Positions 60,901 to 64,000 of a stretch of DNA of 64,000 nt are shown piece after piece; position 1 is the first letter of the stretch, and every line of letters starts with the position of its first letter. Made by a program: the position numbers and the translations under genes. Under the pieces are notes generated by a model, which saw only the letters and a program-made list of their open reading frames with translations, had not been told where the DNA came from and ran no database searches. This DNA is from Leucoraja erinacea (Eukaryota). The DNA lies in assembly GCF_028641065.1 (NCBI RefSeq), contig NC_073396.1, positions 15,810,001 through 15,874,000 of the forward strand, written 5' to 3'.

Positions 60901-62683
60901 CCGAGGATTTGGCGATTGGAAGACTGCAGGAACCAGGATGCAGGTGCAGATATCATTCAGTGAGCCTGACGCCAAACAATTGGGATTTTGGAATGGTTAG
61001 ATCTGGTGTTTTACAGTCAAAAAAGCAGATTGAGAAATCCAATTGACACCACTTCTTATGCAATTGGGAGCTGGGTTTATCTGGTCAAATCACATCATTC
61101 TGGAACTTTAACCAGATACTTGTGGACCTTTGAGCCCCCAATGAGCATTTCAGCACCATTCTCCTCCCAGAACTTTGGACTGCAGGTAAATGTAGACCAA
61201 CTTGCCGTGGGATAGGCCAAAGCTGGTTACCCCTAGGATAAGCAGGTCTTCCCAGTGTAATGCTCAGCTGCAACCTCTAACAAATGCATCCCTTTACTTT
61301 TTGGTGTGCCTTTCATCCTATGCCAAATCCTGCAGGACAAATCATTGTGATAATGGGTGAAACAATCTTGGCGAGAGTTCGGATGCAAGAAGCAGATGTT
61401 TGATCGGTTACAGAGGTTATAATGTGGGAGAATCCAATGATGACAACATTGCTGTAGCAATAAATTAGTTAACAGAGACACGATTGAATGTTTTGGCAAT
61501 AGATGAGCTGAGGCAACGACAATGTTGGGTGATAGAAATCAGTGGGCTTGTTGGTGGAGAGGCCACCTGTGTGGAACAGACAGTGTGGTATGTGCTTGAG
61601 TACAGCAATCTGCTGGTTATGTGGAGGTCCAGGTAGCATGGATAGATCAAATAGATTTTGCTGCTTCATAATACTTGTACTTAATCCCCAGATCAACCTT
61701 ACATTTCACCTCAATAACTCGCAACACTGTGGCAAACCCGTGCACTTATTCTTTACTGTTTCCATAGATCTCCCAATGTTTCTGCCACTTCTAAAGGATA
61801 CGTTGCCTGATTGGCAATCCATCTCTAATTCTAATCTCTCAGGAGGAAGGTTCTGTGGTTGCTATGTGGAGCAGGATCAGAAGCATTTCCTTTGTGAATA
61901 CATGCATTATGCTTTTACACTTAGCAACCAATGGAATGCCTTTGCCTTTCTCCTTTTCAATATTTTATTCATTATGCTGCAGTGAGCTCACAAGCAATCT
62001 TCATCATCCTCACCATTTTGAAATCAAGACCAGCTATATATCATCGCCTTTCTTTAGCTGGTCCTTTCAACTTTTTGCCCCCATGAGGCTTCCTTTCCCC
62101 GAAAAGCTTTAAAATTCCAACCTCCGGGTTCACTCTATTTTGTCCTCTTTCTTCTTTTCATGCTTGCTGCTGCTCTGCAGTGTAATATTTCCCCTTGGGC
62201 TTCTGAAGTAGGATGGCAGCCAGCTACAACCTGTAATGTCGGTATTGGCAAAAGCAGCTAAGAGTATATCACTTAAATACAAATGCTTTTTCTTTCTGGC
62301 CAGCGACCAGTTGCCACTTAGGAGTTGCCACTGGGCTTTGGTCTCCAGCTTACGGTTCCGTGCTGCTCCCCACCAATTGCTGGAACGCACAGGAAAACTA
62401 TAAATATCAACATTTGATCATTTCCTTTCATAAAAGCAGGCTTTCACCGCAAATAATCAATACAGAAGTTCACTGTGGGTTAATGGCCGCACTGCACCGC
62501 TGTGTTAAAGGAGGTAAATATCAATAACATACACAACCGGTGATTTCAGCAACCCAGAGATGTTTAGATAGCAGAATGTAGTGCCAGAGCCATTGATGCC
62601 TTAGTGTGAAATGTCCTCAAGGCTGATGCCAAAAGCTTTGCTTTCCCTGTGGTCTCCCTCTCCACATTGCCATTGCTCAGCTA

Positions 62684-64000
62684 CAGTGCCCTCCATAATA
62701 TTTGGAAAATCATTTATTTATTTACCTCTGTACTCCGCAATTTATGATTTGTAATAGGAAAAAAATCACATGTGGTTAAAGTACACACTGTTAGATTTTA
62801 ATAAAGGCCATTTTTATACATTTTGGTCTCACCATGTAAAAATTACAACCATGTTTATACATAGTCCTCCCATTTCAGGGCACCATAATGTTTGGGACAC
62901 ATGGCTTCACAGGTGTTTGCAATTGCTCAGGCGTTTAATTGCCACCTTAATGCAGGTATAAGAGAGCTCTCAGCATCCACTCTTTCCTCCAGTCTTTCCA
63001 TCATCTTTGGAAACTTATTGCTGTTTATCAACATGAGGACCAAAGTTGTGCCAATGAAAGTCAAAGAAGCCATTATGAGACATCAGCCAAACCTTAGGCT
63101 TACCAAAATCAACGGGTTGAAACATCGTTAAGAAGAAAGAGAGCACTGGTGAGGTTACTAATCGCAAATGACCAAGGAAGACCTCCAAGGCTGATACAGA
63201 AGAATTCTCTCTATAATAACGAAAAATCCCCAAACACCTGTCCGACAGATCAGAAACGCTCTTCAGGAGTCAGGTGTGGATTTGTTAATGACCACTGTCC
63301 GCAGAAGACTTCATGAACAGAAATACAGAGGCTACACTGCAAGATGCAAACCACTGGTTTGCCAAGAAGTACTTAAAAGAAACCACAGTTCTGGAAAAAG
63401 GGTTTTGTGGACAGATGAGACGAAGATTAACATATCAGAGTGATGGTAAGAGCAAAGTATGGAAGAGAGAAGGGACTGCTCAAGATCCAAAGCAATCCAC
63501 CTCATCTATGAAACACATTGGTGGGGATGTTGTGTCCTGGGCATGTATGGCTGCTGAAGGTACTGGCTCACTTACCTTTATTGATGATACGACTGCTGAT
63601 GGTAGTAGCATAATGAATTCCAAAGTGTCTAGACACATCCTTTCTGCTCGAGTTCAAACAAATGCCTCAAAATTCATTGGCCGACAGTTCATTCTACAGC
63701 AAGACAATGATCCCAAACATACTGCTAAAGCACCAAAGGAGTTTTTCAAAGCTATAAAATGGTCAATTCTTGAGTGGCCGTCAACCACCCGATCTGAACC
63801 CAATTGAGCAAGCCTTTTATATGCCGAAGAGAAAACTGAAGGGGACTAGCCCCCAAAACAAGCATAAGCTAAAGATGTCTGCAATACAAGCCTGGCAGAG
63901 CATCACCAGTGAAGACACCCAGCAACTGCTGATGTCCGTGAATCGCAGACTTCAAGCAGTCATTGGATGCAAAGGATATGCAACAAAATACTAAACATGA
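62684..64000 (+). mobile_element. Tc1-family DNA transposon (IR-DR type), right end beyond the window
   Basis: TA|CAGTGCCCTCCATAATATTTGG left end; inner repeat CAGGGCACCATAATGTTTGGGACA at ~62876. Confidence 0.9.
63033..63994 (+). pseudogene. Tc1 transposase, frameshifted (DD34E)
   Basis: ATG at 63033; WTDET, QQDNDPKHT and PDLNPIE motifs, with 34 residues from the second D to E once one frameshift is corrected; ends GYATKY*. Confidence 0.9.

Overview
Eukaryotic, repeat-dominated non-coding DNA, most likely from a cartilaginous fish (skate/ray-like). The evidence is HE1-type tRNA-derived SINEs with (TAAAC)n tails, matching CR1 3' tails and DeuSINE remnants. I find no host protein-coding gene that I can support. 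All long ORFs are transposon-derived: an L2 RT ORF (7759-9900), a Rex1/Babar RT ORF (15307-16704), a frameshifted Penelope-like RT+GIY-YIG element with a 14-bp TSD (19079-20680), a frameshifted CR1-group RT (40228-41671) and a decayed DD34E Tc1 (from 62684). Several structures are not shown by the ORF track. (1) About 25 minimal hammerhead-ribozyme motifs sit in Penelope-derived tails, including 160-220 bp foldback insertions with their own 13-14 bp TSDs. (2) Two non-autonomous Helitrons share a 3' end but carry different cargo: one is composite with a higher-order minisatellite, and one carries a GC-box/ATG/splice-donor/coding-like fragment. (3) There is a 695-bp solo LTR with a 5-bp TSD. (4) A TA-flanked MITE carries a GGN-rich cargo. 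(5) An old ~20-bp minisatellite has a conserved TGATTTAC core. (6) A few unique islands have enhancer- or exon-like grammar. Two assembly gaps are present. Family names come from recalled motif similarity, not database searches, and boundaries of old fragments are approximate (tens of bp).
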